Positions 29,281 through 40,391 of a stretch of 64,000 nt of DNA are shown here, one piece after another. How positions within the stretch are numbered: the first letter of the stretch is position 1; each line of letters begins with the position of its first letter. This DNA comes from a virus. The notes under the pieces are model-generated. The model did no database searches. It saw only the letters and a program-made list of their open reading frames with translations, and was not told the origin of the DNA. The position numbers and the translations under genes were made by a program. The stretch spans positions 29,787-93,786 of IMG/VR virus record IMGVR_UViG_3300006076_000001. The stretch is one strand, 5' to 3'.

Positions 29281-31110
29281 TTATCTCCCTCTTTTTGTTA
29301 TCTTATTTAACAACCTCTTATTTTGTCTATATACTACTCTTGATTTCACATAATTCGTAGAAATCATTTGATTTTTAAAATCCTCAAAATACTTATGACC
29401 TAAATATAAAGCTTTAGTAGCCGCTGAAAATCTATCATCGTGTTTCCCGTTTGGAGCTTCTACTTTTAAAAAGCCCCCACTAACTTTTTTAACTTGTAAA
29501 TCTATGATTTCTTCTGTAAAAGAAATAGTTTGAATGGTTTCTTCTTCTCCTTTCAATGTAACTCTTTCCTCTATTGCATATGGAGACCAAACCAATCTAC
29601 CATTTAATAATTCTCTACTAAATAATTTAGCGACTTCATTATTGAATGCCACAGTAGGGTTGATAACCTCTAATTGTCTATGATAACCTCTATGATTAAA
29701 ATACTTGACAAAAAACTCTTTAGCCCAATTGTCTATACCTATTTTAACCACTCTAAAGTTTCTCAAAATGGATAATAACTCTTCCATTATTATATCAGGG
29801 TCTAATGGCTTACCTTTAATAGGAGTCCAAGAATGGATAAAATCATAAACAAAAGCTGGTTTAGAGTCATCTACCTCTAAATAAGGTAATAAAGTTTCAT
29901 CTGGTAATTGTCTATTATGAATAATATTATAATCAAAATGTCCTATAGCTAAAGCAAATCCGTCTGATGTTAAAGCTGGGTCTACTCCTACAAAGTAAGG
30001 GGTATTAGGACTACCGATTGGTTGATTAGGCACTTGTAAATCCTCACATACTTTCACTTTATTAGGAATAGGTATGAAAGAAGAAGATGATGATGTAAAT
30101 TCAGCAAGAAATTCTTGTTTATATTTAAACGGAGATTTTTTATACTCAGATTTCAAAAATAATGGTGATAAAGTTGGATTAGTCCAATGTGATGGGACAT
30201 TAATCATAATAACATTAGGATTATCAAAAGACTCTTTGTATAATTCGTATCCTTTACCTTTTTTACCATTAGGTGATGATGCTATAAGAATTAAACCTGC
30301 TGGTGTCCCATCTTCATATTTGAAACCAGAAACAGATGGAGTAGAAGCCGTATAAACTAATTCATCTAATGGCTCACTCTTTGTAGATTTATTACTATCT
30401 ATAAAATGACAGAACTCATCAAGAGCTACCACTATGTTGTTTCCTCCCCTAATAGATGGACTAGCGGCTGAAACTTTTACTTTCAATAAACCATATTTTT
30501 TAGTCCTGTCTTCTAATTGTTTCTTAACAAATAAATCAAACCCACTATTTGAATACTCTTTAGGATTAACTAGGTATGGCTTAAAAAAATCAGTAGAATA
30601 AACCATATTACCTATTTCTTGTGCTTGTTTAGTAGCATTATCCTCTTTATTTGAAATAACCGAAACGGAAATCTCAGAATAAGGTATGACTTTAAAATAT
30701 TCTTGTGGTGTAGGCTCTAACATTTCTAATTCATAAAGTTTATGAGAAGATAGAATAGACATCATTGTAGTTTTAGTACCTCTTCTACCTACAAAAAATC
30801 TAACTTCAAAAATCCTTGAATCTGGTTGTTTATCTACATTAATTCTACCCTCTTTATATAGAAATCTAAGAAAATCAAACTCAGAATCAAAAATGTGAAT
30901 AACTTTTTCATTAAATTCATCTTTTATAATAATAGGGTCTTCCAATTTATCAGATAACGGAATGTTATACATCATTTTAAATATAAATCTCTGAACTGGA
31001 AAAAGTTTAAGCCCCAAAAATTTAGGGGACTCTGCAAACTCTATAACATTTAGAAGTCTATTAGAGTCTTCATCAGCTAAGTTCTTTCTGACTAAATCGA
31101 CTAAAGCCAT
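29281..31110 (-). CDS. terL: Terminase large subunit
   Basis: GRRGTKT Walker A, VALDEFCHF Walker B, ASSPNG coupling motif, VDPALTSD nuclease, HDD. Confidence 0.9.
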   Translation of the reverse strand: MALVDLVRKNLADEDSNRLLNVIEFAESPKFLGLKLFPVQRFIFKMMYNIPLSDKLEDPIIIKDEFNEKVIHIFDSEFDFLRFLYKEGRINVDKQPDSRIFEVRFFVGRRGTKTTMMSILSSHKLYELEMLEPTPQEYFKVIPYSEISVSVISNKEDNATKQAQEIGNMVYSTDFFKPYLVNPKEYSNSGFDLFVKKQLEDRTKKYGLLKVKVSAASPSIRGGNNIVVALDEFCHFIDSNKSTKSEPLDELVYTASTPSVSGFKYEDGTPAGLILIASSPNGKKGKGYELYKESFDNPNVIMINVPSHWTNPTLSPLFLKSEYKKSPFKYKQEFLAEFTSSSSSFIPIPNKVKVCEDLQVPNQPIGSPNTPYFVGVDPALTSDGFALAIGHFDYNIIHNRQLPDETLLPYLEVDDSKPAFVYDFIHSWTPIKGKPLDPDIIMEELLSILRNFRVVKIGIDNWAKEFFVKYFNHRGYHRQLEVINPTVAFNNEVAKLFSRELLNGRLVWSPYAIEERVTLKGEEETIQTISFTEEIIDLQVKKVSGGFLKVEAPNGKHDDRFSAATKALYLGHKYFEDFKNQMISTNYVKSRVVYRQNKRLLNKITKRGR

Positions 31111-31122
31111 TTTTTATCTACC

Positions 31123-31560
31123 TTATTGTTTATCTTTTGCTTTATCAATTACCTCTTTAGCAAATGGATTAACAATTTGGTCTATCATAGATAATTTAAC
31201 ACCTTTAAGTGTTTTATTAAGTTTTTCTTCAAATCCAACCAAATTAAATGTTAATTGATTAAGAACTTTTCTCTTTGTATTTTCATCTACACCTACTTCG
31301 TCCATTGAAAAAATAAAAGTTTCTACTAAAAAATAAAAAGCTTTTTGAATTTTAGGGTTTGTAAAATCTACATCTCCTCCTCTTAATTCAAATTCTTTTT
31401 CTTTATATGCATTAGATGATTTAACTTGCAAAAGTTTAGATATAGAGTTAGTTACCGATACCAGCTCTTTAATTGTTAATTGCTCTTCTCCATTAATAAG
31501 CTTATCTAATTTTACTACTAGGTCATCTATTTTTCTATTAATATCTTTAAACATTACCAC
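31123..31560 (-). CDS. Possible terminase small subunit
   Basis: Helical 145 aa directly upstream of terL; position only. Confidence 0.35.
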   Translation of the reverse strand: MVMFKDINRKIDDLVVKLDKLINGEEQLTIKELVSVTNSISKLLQVKSSNAYKEKEFELRGGDVDFTNPKIQKAFYFLVETFIFSMDEVGVDENTKRKVLNQLTFNLVGFEEKLNKTLKGVKLSMIDQIVNPFAKEVIDKAKDKQ

Positions 31561-33389
31561 TCCTCACCAGATAAATCAGAATTTAACTCTAAAATTCTTT
31601 TAACTTTTCTGTATTTATCTTCACTAACACATTTAGCCACTTTATCTATGTCTAAGTCTCCCTCTAAAATCATTTCTACTATTTCAAGTGGGGTAAATAC
31701 TTCTAATTCCATTCCTTCACATTCACTTTTTTCTTTTAAGATTTCCATACCATTTACAATTTCATCAATGATGTTTCTGTTATATTTTAATGCAAAAAAT
31801 TCTGACGCTACAGCATCTATTGTAGTTTTTTTCAAATTAGTAATAATTGGTTTATTAGCCCAGATATATACTGTCCCTCTTCTTAAAATAGGTTTACCTA
31901 ACCAATTTGATAGAACTCCTCCTCCTGTTGCAAACATATTATATGGAATATAAATCAAACATACACCTACTGGAAATAGTCTTGAAAAGTCTGGTTTTAC
32001 TAAATAGACTTTAGGTGTTCTAACCAATCCAGACCATAATCCGACCATTAAATTAAATGTATCTGGGTAACTTTCTCTATTTTCTCTAAGTAAATTCACT
32101 AAGTCCACCTCAATCATTGCATTTTCAAGTAACATTTCTTGGATACCTAAAATCATTGCCTCTTCAGAATCTGCTTTAATAACTATGTCTGGATTATCCT
32201 CTACCACAGTATAAATTGCATTTACCATTGAGGCATCATCGATTTCTTCAATCTCTGGCTCTTCTTCAATAGAAACCACACCATTATCAAATAATAAATC
32301 TCCCATTGCAAATGGAGATTCAGTAAAATCCATTTCTTCATCAACCATATTATCATCATATTGAATAATTTCGTCTGCCATTCTATCTAACCCAGTATTA
32401 GGGTCAAATAAATTAAAATTTTCGTTCATTATCTTCCTCCCTTTCTAATAATAAGAAATGAGCCATCAGTAAGTTGTTCAATTTCCCATAGGTTTTCTTC
32501 TGCTTGTTGTTGTAATTCACATTCTTCTCCAGTGCATTCCATTATTACTTTTTTAATAAAATCAGTACCAGCTATTCCCATCAATTTAGCTTTCAATTGT
32601 TTTTTAACTGGTTTTACTTTAAATGTGCCGTTCCCTCTATCTATTACTTTAAATCCAGCCCTAGCCAATTTAGCTGTATTTAAAACACTCCCTTTTGATA
32701 ACCCACATTCATTAGAATTACAATTAGAAGTATTATCAAGGAAATCTAAATCTACATCATTTGTTAAAAATTCCATTTTGCCTCCTTAAGCTACTAGCAT
32801 ATTTAAATAATTGTTTATTACAGATAAAAACCTTAGAAACTCCATTTAACACTGAAACTTCTAAAACTTTTTTAGTTGGGTTAATTATAAAATTACATTT
32901 ATTTATGAATGTGAATAGTCTTTCTTTGGTTATTTTTATTTTATTTTTAGTAGGAAATGTAACTGGATAAAAATTAATTATATATTTATCTTCATTAACC
33001 AAGTAGAGATTAGTAAAATGATGTTTGAAAAGAGGATTACCTAAAGTCGGCATAAAAACACTATTAATCCAATGAGGTAGTTCCTTTCTGGTAAATAAAA
33101 AGAACTCTCTTCCCTCTAAAAGGTTAGAAATCAACCATATGTTATTAACATAATCAATCCATTGTTTTTCTTCTCCGATATAAACTTTTTTTGCACCACA
33201 CACTTTACATAAATAATTTTCTTCGTCCCATATATGTTTGCAATTAAGTTGGTCTTTATTAAAAGCTATGATATCTGGAATCCTAAATTGATTAGACCAT
33301 AAATCAATAAAAATCCTACCAGACAAACCATTTTGATTGATTAATTTAACTGAATTGATAACTGATTTATCTATAATAATTTCACTCAT
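31554..33389 (-). CDS. Three hypothetical proteins (31554-32429, 32429-32776, 32757-33389)
   Basis: Coupled ORFs upstream of the terminase genes. Confidence 0.5.
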
Positions 33390-33403
33390 TTTCTGACTCC
33401 TTT

Positions 33404-34069
33404 TTATTCAAAGATAACTTTATCGTCAAAATTAAATCTACCCTCATACTCTTTAGTCTTAAATAAAAAGTTACCTGTAAGTTGTGTATTAACTGAAAAT
33501 TCTAAATAGTCTCTAACCCTACATAGAAGTAATTTATCTTTAAGTGTAGCTTTTTGATACCTTTTAATAAACTCCTCATCTGACAAACTACATATATCTG
33601 TCATATGTTTAATTGCATTTCTCAAAACAGCTGAAATAGTTGTATATTTAACATTAAATAAAATCCTATTAGTCATAGAAAATAACCCGATAGAATAAAA
33701 AACTATTATAGGCTCTATTTCTTTATTTGGAAAAAATTTTTCTAATAACTCTCTAAGTTTGTCATTACTATGAATAGGTCTATTAAGTATGATTTTTATT
33801 TTATTTTTAGAACTCCTATATCTCTTAGACACACCAAATTGGCTTATATTAAGCAATTTAGCTATATTTGTTTGAGATAAACCGCAATAAACATTTAAAT
33901 ATAACACCATTGCATTCACCCAAAATAATTTATCAATTATTTTCTCTGCTATATCAGGAAAGGTATCCATTAAAGCCGACTTAAAAGGGTCTTTTTCTTT
34001 CTTTTGATTATTATTAGCTCTAACCGAAACATAATCCCAATAATTTTTATTCTCTTCATATTGAGCCAT
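33404..34069 (-). CDS. Sigma-70 region-4-like HTH protein
   Basis: GLSQTNIAKLLNISQFGVSKRY; likely start MAQYE after AAGGAG. Confidence 0.6.
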   Translation of the reverse strand: MAQYEENKNYWDYVSVRANNNQKKEKDPFKSALMDTFPDIAEKIIDKLFWVNAMVLYLNVYCGLSQTNIAKLLNISQFGVSKRYRSSKNKIKIILNRPIHSNDKLRELLEKFFPNKEIEPIIVFYSIGLFSMTNRILFNVKYTTISAVLRNAIKHMTDICSLSDEEFIKRYQKATLKDKLLLCRVRDYLEFSVNTQLTGNFLFKTKEYEGRFNFDDKVIFE

Positions 34070-35144
34070 AGATTCTCCTTTGTTTAACATTATAAATTAA
34101 ATCAAAATAGTAATAAAAGTTCTCAACCATCCATTTCCAACCCACTTTTTCTAATTTTGATAGTATCTCCTGAGGAGAAACTCTACCAGCTTCCGACTCA
34201 AAGTATGGTAATGATTTATTTTTTAATTTTTGTAAAATCCTCTTACCCTCTGGAAATTTAGAAAGTTTTTCTTCAAAGTTATCCAAATTTAAACTATTAA
34301 TAAATTTATTAGTTATCCTAATTCCAAAAATGTTTTGTTGTTGTAATTTCCACAGCTCTTTTTTAACAAAATCTAATACAGAATAATTAACTCTAATCAA
34401 TGTTCCAAGAGACGAATCAAACATCAAAGTATCTTGAAATGTTCTGTTAAGTTGATAGAACTGGTCGGTTAAGTATAACTTACCTATTACCATATGATTG
34501 ATTATGGGTAAATCCAATAAATTTTTAAATACAGACTCTATCATTTTATTTCTCCAACCAACCCAAATAACTTGATATTCAGGGTACAAAGACCTAATTC
34601 TAAAAATAAGGTTTATAGTATTAAAAGTAGAAAAGCTTTCTCCAAATAGTTGCTTGATATAATCGCCGTCTATAATTACAGCATTATTAGAAGAGACTAT
34701 TTGTTTATAAATTTGTTTTGATGAGGCTACCCCATAAATGTAGAAACGCTCTGTATCTATTGGGGTAAGAAGATTAATATCCACTTCCTCTTTTATAAAA
34801 GTTTTACCTTTGAAATCAAACTTGATAACAGCTTTATTGTCTTTAATTTCTTCCACAATAAAAGGAACTTTTTTCCATTTAGATAAATTCCAAACGAAAC
34901 TACCTTTTTTAATACCTTTTTCACGCTTTTTTTGTAGTTTTCTTTGCACTTCTTCGTATGGTATGCTATAATTATAGCTAACCATATTTTTCTGAATAAA
35001 AGTTGGTAAATGAAAGCCCTCTTTAACATACACTAAATCAATCTTGCCATCAATCATATCTGGGACTACTACATTAACATTATCCACATACTCTAAAATA
35101 GAAGTATCGTTAGGGTCTATCATAGTATAAACATTATATTTCAT
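34056..35144 (-). CDS. NusG-like (NGN+KOW) domain fused to a degenerate 5'-3' exonuclease-like region
   Basis: IPYEEVQR...IKKGSFV...FIVEEI...AVIKFDFKGK...EVDINLL (KOW-like); then AVIIDGD. Confidence 0.5.
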   Translation of the reverse strand: MKYNVYTMIDPNDTSILEYVDNVNVVVPDMIDGKIDLVYVKEGFHLPTFIQKNMVSYNYSIPYEEVQRKLQKKREKGIKKGSFVWNLSKWKKVPFIVEEIKDNKAVIKFDFKGKTFIKEEVDINLLTPIDTERFYIYGVASSKQIYKQIVSSNNAVIIDGDYIKQLFGESFSTFNTINLIFRIRSLYPEYQVIWVGWRNKMIESVFKNLLDLPIINHMVIGKLYLTDQFYQLNRTFQDTLMFDSSLGTLIRVNYSVLDFVKKELWKLQQQNIFGIRITNKFINSLNLDNFEEKLSKFPEGKRILQKLKNKSLPYFESEAGRVSPQEILSKLEKVGWKWMVENFYYYFDLIYNVKQRRIYGSI

Positions 35145-35309
35145 AATCCACCCTTTTCACAATGTAATGTTGGTTTAATTGCTACAATGTCTGCATACTT
35201 CTCCTCTCCGTTATACATCTGTTTTATCTTTTTCAATGCCAAACTTCTAACCATTGCATAACTTTCACTATAGATTTCTAAAAAATAATGTTGTTTATCC
35301 ACTATTACC

Positions 35310-36413
35310 TCAACCAACCATTTCATTTTCTATCTCCTTGAATCCTAATTCTTTTAATTGAGACTTCATCAAATCTAAATTATTATCCTCTTTATCAAAT
35401 AAAGAATAGTCTAAGAATAAAAATCTTGAGAAATCTAAAAAAGATAACATTAAAATAAACTCTCTAATATTAGTAGGTTTATATTTTAAGTAGTTTTCAG
35501 CTAAATAGTCTATTACTTTATCAATAAACACTTTTTTATAAATTGGGTCTAAAACATTAATAAACTTACCATATTTAATTCCAACTAATAATTTAGGCAA
35601 GTTGTGTATTATATTATCAGGAAAATTATAAAAGGTTTGTTCTGTTTTATTTATACCAATTACCAAAGTTTTACCGATTAACTCCAAGAAGTTTTTTATT
35701 TCTGATGAGTAATTAGTTATCTCACCAAAAGCTATAATGTATTTTTCCATTTTAGAAATAGCCTCTCTTAAAGAGCCATTTGCTTCCAAAGCAATTAATC
35801 TAAGTTGATTTAAGTCATACTTAATTTGTTCTTTTTTAACAATTAATTCAAGATAACTAATTATTTCTGAATCGGATAGTGGATTAAAATCCAAATTAAT
35901 CATTCTTGTAACCAAAGGTTGAATTATTTTCTCTTTATTTGTAGTTGTAAAAATAAAAATTGTCCTATTAGTAGAAAATTCAAACAAATTAAGAAACTCT
36001 GACAATGCCTGAGGACTCATTCTCTGTATTTCATCAATAACAATTACTTTATATTTACCATAAATCGGTAATTGTTTAGCTAAATTAATTATAGGTTTTA
36101 TTTTATCTACTTGATTATACTCCGCCCCGTCCAATGAAACAAAGTCTTTAAAAGAATTATTATCAAATGCTTTACAATTATCACAACTATTGCACGGATT
36201 ACCATTTATAGGTTGTTTGCAATTAATGGCTTTAGCCAAAATTCTAGCCGATGTAGTTTTACCAACTCCTCCTATTTTTGGTGAAGTAAATAGGAACTCT
36301 CTTCTGATTTCAAAGCCTCTATTCTTAACCAATGATTTAAGATAATTTTTATTAAAATCATTACCGACTAATTCGTCAAAGACTTTTGGTCTATATTTAT
36401 TATACAGATTCAT
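35310..36413 (-). CDS. dnaX: Clamp-loader ATPase (DnaX gamma/tau-like)
   Basis: LYNKYRP..FDELVG, GVGKTT, C...PCNSCDNC, VIDE, GSLREA. Confidence 0.9.
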   Translation of the reverse strand: MNLYNKYRPKVFDELVGNDFNKNYLKSLVKNRGFEIRREFLFTSPKIGGVGKTTSARILAKAINCKQPINGNPCNSCDNCKAFDNNSFKDFVSLDGAEYNQVDKIKPIINLAKQLPIYGKYKVIVIDEIQRMSPQALSEFLNLFEFSTNRTIFIFTTTNKEKIIQPLVTRMINLDFNPLSDSEIISYLELIVKKEQIKYDLNQLRLIALEANGSLREAISKMEKYIIAFGEITNYSSEIKNFLELIGKTLVIGINKTEQTFYNFPDNIIHNLPKLLVGIKYGKFINVLDPIYKKVFIDKVIDYLAENYLKYKPTNIREFILMLSFLDFSRFLFLDYSLFDKEDNNLDLMKSQLKELGFKEIENEMVG

Positions 36414-37029
36414 TTTTACTCACCTTTAAATCGTAATATAGTATAAATTCTTCTTTACTCTCTGCCTTTATAAGAAAATTTGCTAAAGCTATTAATTGTC
36501 TTTTATGAGAGTGAATAATAGTCAAATAATAATTTGATAAATTAATCATTCCCTCAAGTAAGTCTTCTACAAATTTAGAAAATAGATAATAATTGGAATC
36601 AATAAAGGATATCATCGTTTCATCTAATGGTTGAAAAGTAACAAAATTAACAATAAACTCTTTAAGTAAAGATAAATAAGTTTTATCATCAGAAAGTGGG
36701 AGACCTACTTCTTTTTTGTAAAAGAAGTCTGGGTCAGTTATAACCTCTGGCAATGATTTTATAGTTTTATTTTCAATTCTTTCAAACCAAACTCTAAAAT
36801 GATTGGGATTATGTAAATCTATTAAATGAAAATCTGGTCTTTCTATTGTAGAAATTACCACTACATATTTAGTAGGTTTAATTTTATTTGAAACAAAAAT
36901 ACCTTTACCAAAAGTAGAGTTAATTAAGTATCCTTTATCTGTGTATTCTTTTATTAATTGCCTAATTACTAAATTTTTGAAAAGAACAGAGTCTCCTATT
37001 ATAGAATAACCTCTTATTTCATTTTGCAT
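36400..37029 (-). CDS. Hypothetical protein, possibly degenerate clamp-loader accessory subunit
   Basis: Coupled to dnaX; position only. Confidence 0.3.
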   Translation of the reverse strand: MQNEIRGYSIIGDSVLFKNLVIRQLIKEYTDKGYLINSTFGKGIFVSNKIKPTKYVVVISTIERPDFHLIDLHNPNHFRVWFERIENKTIKSLPEVITDPDFFYKKEVGLPLSDDKTYLSLLKEFIVNFVTFQPLDETMISFIDSNYYLFSKFVEDLLEGMINLSNYYLTIIHSHKRQLIALANFLIKAESKEEFILYYDLKVSKNESV

Positions 37030-37124
37030 TTTTCAATTCCTCCAAAAAAACAATAAGGGACTTAATCAATTTACCCTTTTGTGGTTTTTTAACCATAAAG
37101 AATTTCAATTTATTGATTGTCATA

Positions 37125-37782
37125 TCAATCTTTTTCATTTAAAAGACCTTTTTTACTGACATCTAACAGGATTTGCATTGTTAAATAATTAATTAAGTAT
37201 AAATGGTTATTATTGAAAGGGTTTTTCATTGTAGGGTAGTATAACTTCAAATGACTATCTGGATTTATGATGCTGTCTTTATATGTTTTAATAAAAGCAA
37301 CGATGTATTTTTTATGGTCGTCAAATAAATTTTGGTTTATGCTTTTATTAAGCACTTTACAAGCTACAAAGAAATCACCAGTTTTAGGATTATAATCTAA
37401 TGGGTATGAACTACCAGAAATGTGAGTATGACCTATAGCTGGAGAATAATCACTATCAATGAAGTGAATAGTAACATTGTCATCTTTGTATGTTTCTTTT
37501 AGTTTATCGATTTGATGCATCAAAATCATAGCTTGATGTCCCATTCCGTCCAATAAATCATTTATTGCTTTTTTTTCTATTTGTCTCTTTCTCTTTAAGC
37601 TCTTTTATTTTAGCATCAATTAAAGCTTTATTATCTTTAATCCACTTACCTGCTTTAGATGCTGACGAAATTTTATTACCTGTAACCACTTTATGTAATA
37701 ATTCTCTATCAACTAATATTTCAGTTATCCAATTGTTACCCTCTTGATAAGTAACTCTCTCTACTTGAATATCTTTTTTCAT
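37125..37782 (-). CDS. Two hypothetical ORFs (37125-37553, 37558-37782), possibly one frameshifted gene
   Basis: A8 run at the junction; downstream ORF lacks an obvious SD. Confidence 0.4.
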
Positions 37783-37824
37783 TCAGACTCCTTACACTGA
37801 TTTTGTCAGTGTTTTATAATGAAA

Positions 37825-38343
37825 TTATTTATTATTCTTTAATATTTTAGTCTCAAAAAGTGGTATAAAAGTTTCAGTTAGTTTTGGCATCTTTTTTATT
37901 AAAAGTTTAAGGTTTTTTGAAAATAAAGGTCTTGCTGGTATATATTTAGTCCCATACTCAAGGAAATCAATAATATCTGATGCCTTAACTTTTTTATTTT
38001 TATATTTAATATATTTTGGGATACCAACATACCAATGTCTGTATTTCCATACTCTAAATAAAGACATAAGTGTTCCCGTGTTTATCCAAAAATCCTTACG
38101 ATGTTTAGGATTTTTTCTTTTTTTGTATTTGGGAGATAAGGGTTTATATAATAGCTTCATAGGAGTATTACCTATTTTCTGAGTTTGTATAGACTTTTTA
38201 ATCATATTTAAATATACATTAGCAATAAAATGAGAGTAGTGATATAAGACGAAGTCTAAATCCAGATTTTTATCTTTTGCATACTGTTCCAATCGAACAA
38301 ATTGTTTTGAATGGAGGAGAAGAGAGGTTATATCAATTTTCAT
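37825..38343 (-). CDS. Neck/tail-completion (virion morphogenesis) protein
   Basis: PLSPKY..RK, INTGTL, LEYGT..IPARP motifs. Confidence 0.7.
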   Translation of the reverse strand: MKIDITSLLLHSKQFVRLEQYAKDKNLDLDFVLYHYSHFIANVYLNMIKKSIQTQKIGNTPMKLLYKPLSPKYKKRKNPKHRKDFWINTGTLMSLFRVWKYRHWYVGIPKYIKYKNKKVKASDIIDFLEYGTKYIPARPLFSKNLKLLIKKMPKLTETFIPLFETKILKNNK

Positions 38344-38370
38344 CTCATTCCTCTCTTCCCTTACTTAAAA

Positions 38371-38970
38371 TCAGTAATCGTAACTAAGGTCTGCATTTTC
38401 TGAATATGGGTCAAACCAAATGTTTTTAGCAAAAGTTCTGTATGTTTTAGGACATTTTTTACCACGAGTCCAGAAACCTAATGACATTTCAAATCCACGA
38501 TATCTTGAATCTAAGTATTGTCCGTCAGACAATGACTGCACATAAACTGGAATTAATTTTCCTTTATTGTAAAGTTCTACAAGCACTTTTGCCATTGTTT
38601 TAACAAATGATTCTTTATCTTGTGGAAGTTCTTTAACTTTAATTTTAGCTCTTGATTTAGATTGAATGTCTTCAATCAATTCTTCAAATAGGCTGTCAAA
38701 TCCATCTTCTTCACCAATGTAATCCCATTCTCTAGCTTTCATCCATTTTTCAACAAACTTCTCTGGGTCATCATACTTTAAGCCCATCATTACCGCATCT
38801 ACACCTCTGTCAAAGAAGTTTTTTCCTACACAAATAAATGTTTTATCTGGAGAAACTCCAGCATCTTTCATATCACTTTCATTGAAATCAGCTTCCACTA
38901 ATTCAGCAATGTATCCAACATCTGGCTCTTCAGCCTTAATACTCTTAAAAGCCACCTTAATTTTAGCCAC
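38371..38970 (-). CDS. Hypothetical protein with MAKIKVAF leader
   Basis: GTG start, shared leader peptide. Confidence 0.6.
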   Translation of the reverse strand: MAKIKVAFKSIKAEEPDVGYIAELVEADFNESDMKDAGVSPDKTFICVGKNFFDRGVDAVMMGLKYDDPEKFVEKWMKAREWDYIGEEDGFDSLFEELIEDIQSKSRAKIKVKELPQDKESFVKTMAKVLVELYNKGKLIPVYVQSLSDGQYLDSRYRGFEMSLGFWTRGKKCPKTYRTFAKNIWFDPYSENADLSYDY

Positions 38971-39020
38971 TCCTACACCCCTCTTTCTAAAATTTTAACA
39001 TCACTAAAAATGCAAAAAAC

Positions 39021-40391
39021 CTAAATGTAATAAACATCTAAAATGTCTTTACCAAATTGAGCTAATGCAAATCTATAATTAGAATCTTTTAAGCTATCAT
39101 CAGGGACATTCTTTCTGAATGCTTTACCAAAAATGATTTCTACACTATCCTTAAATTTTAAAAATTCAGGGTCGTTAGGATTTTTAAACCCTTTATAATT
39201 AAGAAATGTCATAGATAAAATGTTAAATCCAGTAGTCATAACTGCCCTATTTAACAATATAGCACTAACTACATCATTTTTTGGTTTTGCTATTCTTCTT
39301 GGTAATTTAGTTAAAGTAGTAAGTTCCAATAAATCTGGAACAGGGACTCCCAAATTATCTGCTATTTCTCTCCAAGATACTTCTCTTTCATCTGGCATAA
39401 ATGCTCCAGATGTACCTACATAACCCTCAATAATATCTACCACAATAAAATCATCGAAACCATATGGTGTAACTGGTTTTTTATTTTCCATTATTTCATA
39501 GGCAATTGAATTAACATCGCTATAGGTTAAACCTACTTCAGATGGGGTAACTATTTTCTCTTCTCCTGTATTTTTATCCATTATTAAAAGTTTAACTTTA
39601 TCCATTGAATTATTAACAAATCTATTAGACACTCTAATAGGATAAACTCTCAAATTACCGATTGAGTTACCCATATAAAATTGATTTAAACCAATATCAG
39701 ACATCGCTTGTAATGGGTTTATGTTTCTAAAAGTTGATTTTCTTCTTTCTGGAGAATAATCGATAGACAACATATACCCCTGAGGCATTTCATAAAGTGC
39801 TATTTCTCCTCTATCTAAATGTTCTTTTATCATCTCTGTAAATTCAGGATAATCCACCACTGTAGCAAACTCTTCAATCTCTGGTCTGTCTCCAGCCCAT
39901 TTATAACATTTGTCCCTACTAATTTTATCATAAAATCCAGCTGATTGACCTGATGAAGTAGAGCCTAAATGAGTAACTCCTCCGTCCATCCATTTGCCAC
40001 AATTTGCTTTTTGATTTTCTCTAATTTTATGCTCTTCTTCTACTACAAATGCCCTTGCCGAAACAATTATCTTATCTTTAGGTAATTTACACCATTCAAT
40101 TTCTTTTCTAAGTTGTTCTATTTCAAACCCTGCTGACGGAGCAATAAAAACAATTGGTTCATACCCTAATAAATCATATCTATTTAAAGCTGATGCAACT
40201 GGTAACACTTTAAACACAAAAGTTTCTCCAAATCCAGTAAATGTATGAGAAGCTGAATTTGCCGAATTACTTATTAATACTTTTGGTCTTTCTCTTAATG
40301 CAATAGCTGATGCTATTTGACCTTTACCACTACTACCCGCTCCTATATCAAATAGGAAATTTACTTTTCCTGACTTTAATACACCTTGCAT
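39021..40391 (-). CDS. purZ: PurZ-type adenylosuccinate synthetase paralogue (2-aminoadenine pathway)
   Basis: P-loop GSSGKG (Ser where PurA has GDEGKG), SHT, GST, QG..LS, R.YPIRV, ELTTLTKLPRRI, TFLNY instead of PurA TKLD. Confidence 0.8.
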   Translation of the reverse strand: MQGVLKSGKVNFLFDIGAGSSGKGQIASAIALRERPKVLISNSANSASHTFTGFGETFVFKVLPVASALNRYDLLGYEPIVFIAPSAGFEIEQLRKEIEWCKLPKDKIIVSARAFVVEEEHKIRENQKANCGKWMDGGVTHLGSTSSGQSAGFYDKISRDKCYKWAGDRPEIEEFATVVDYPEFTEMIKEHLDRGEIALYEMPQGYMLSIDYSPERRKSTFRNINPLQAMSDIGLNQFYMGNSIGNLRVYPIRVSNRFVNNSMDKVKLLIMDKNTGEEKIVTPSEVGLTYSDVNSIAYEIMENKKPVTPYGFDDFIVVDIIEGYVGTSGAFMPDEREVSWREIADNLGVPVPDLLELTTLTKLPRRIAKPKNDVVSAILLNRAVMTTGFNILSMTFLNYKGFKNPNDPEFLKFKDSVEIIFGKAFRKNVPDDSLKDSNYRFALAQFGKDILDVYYI

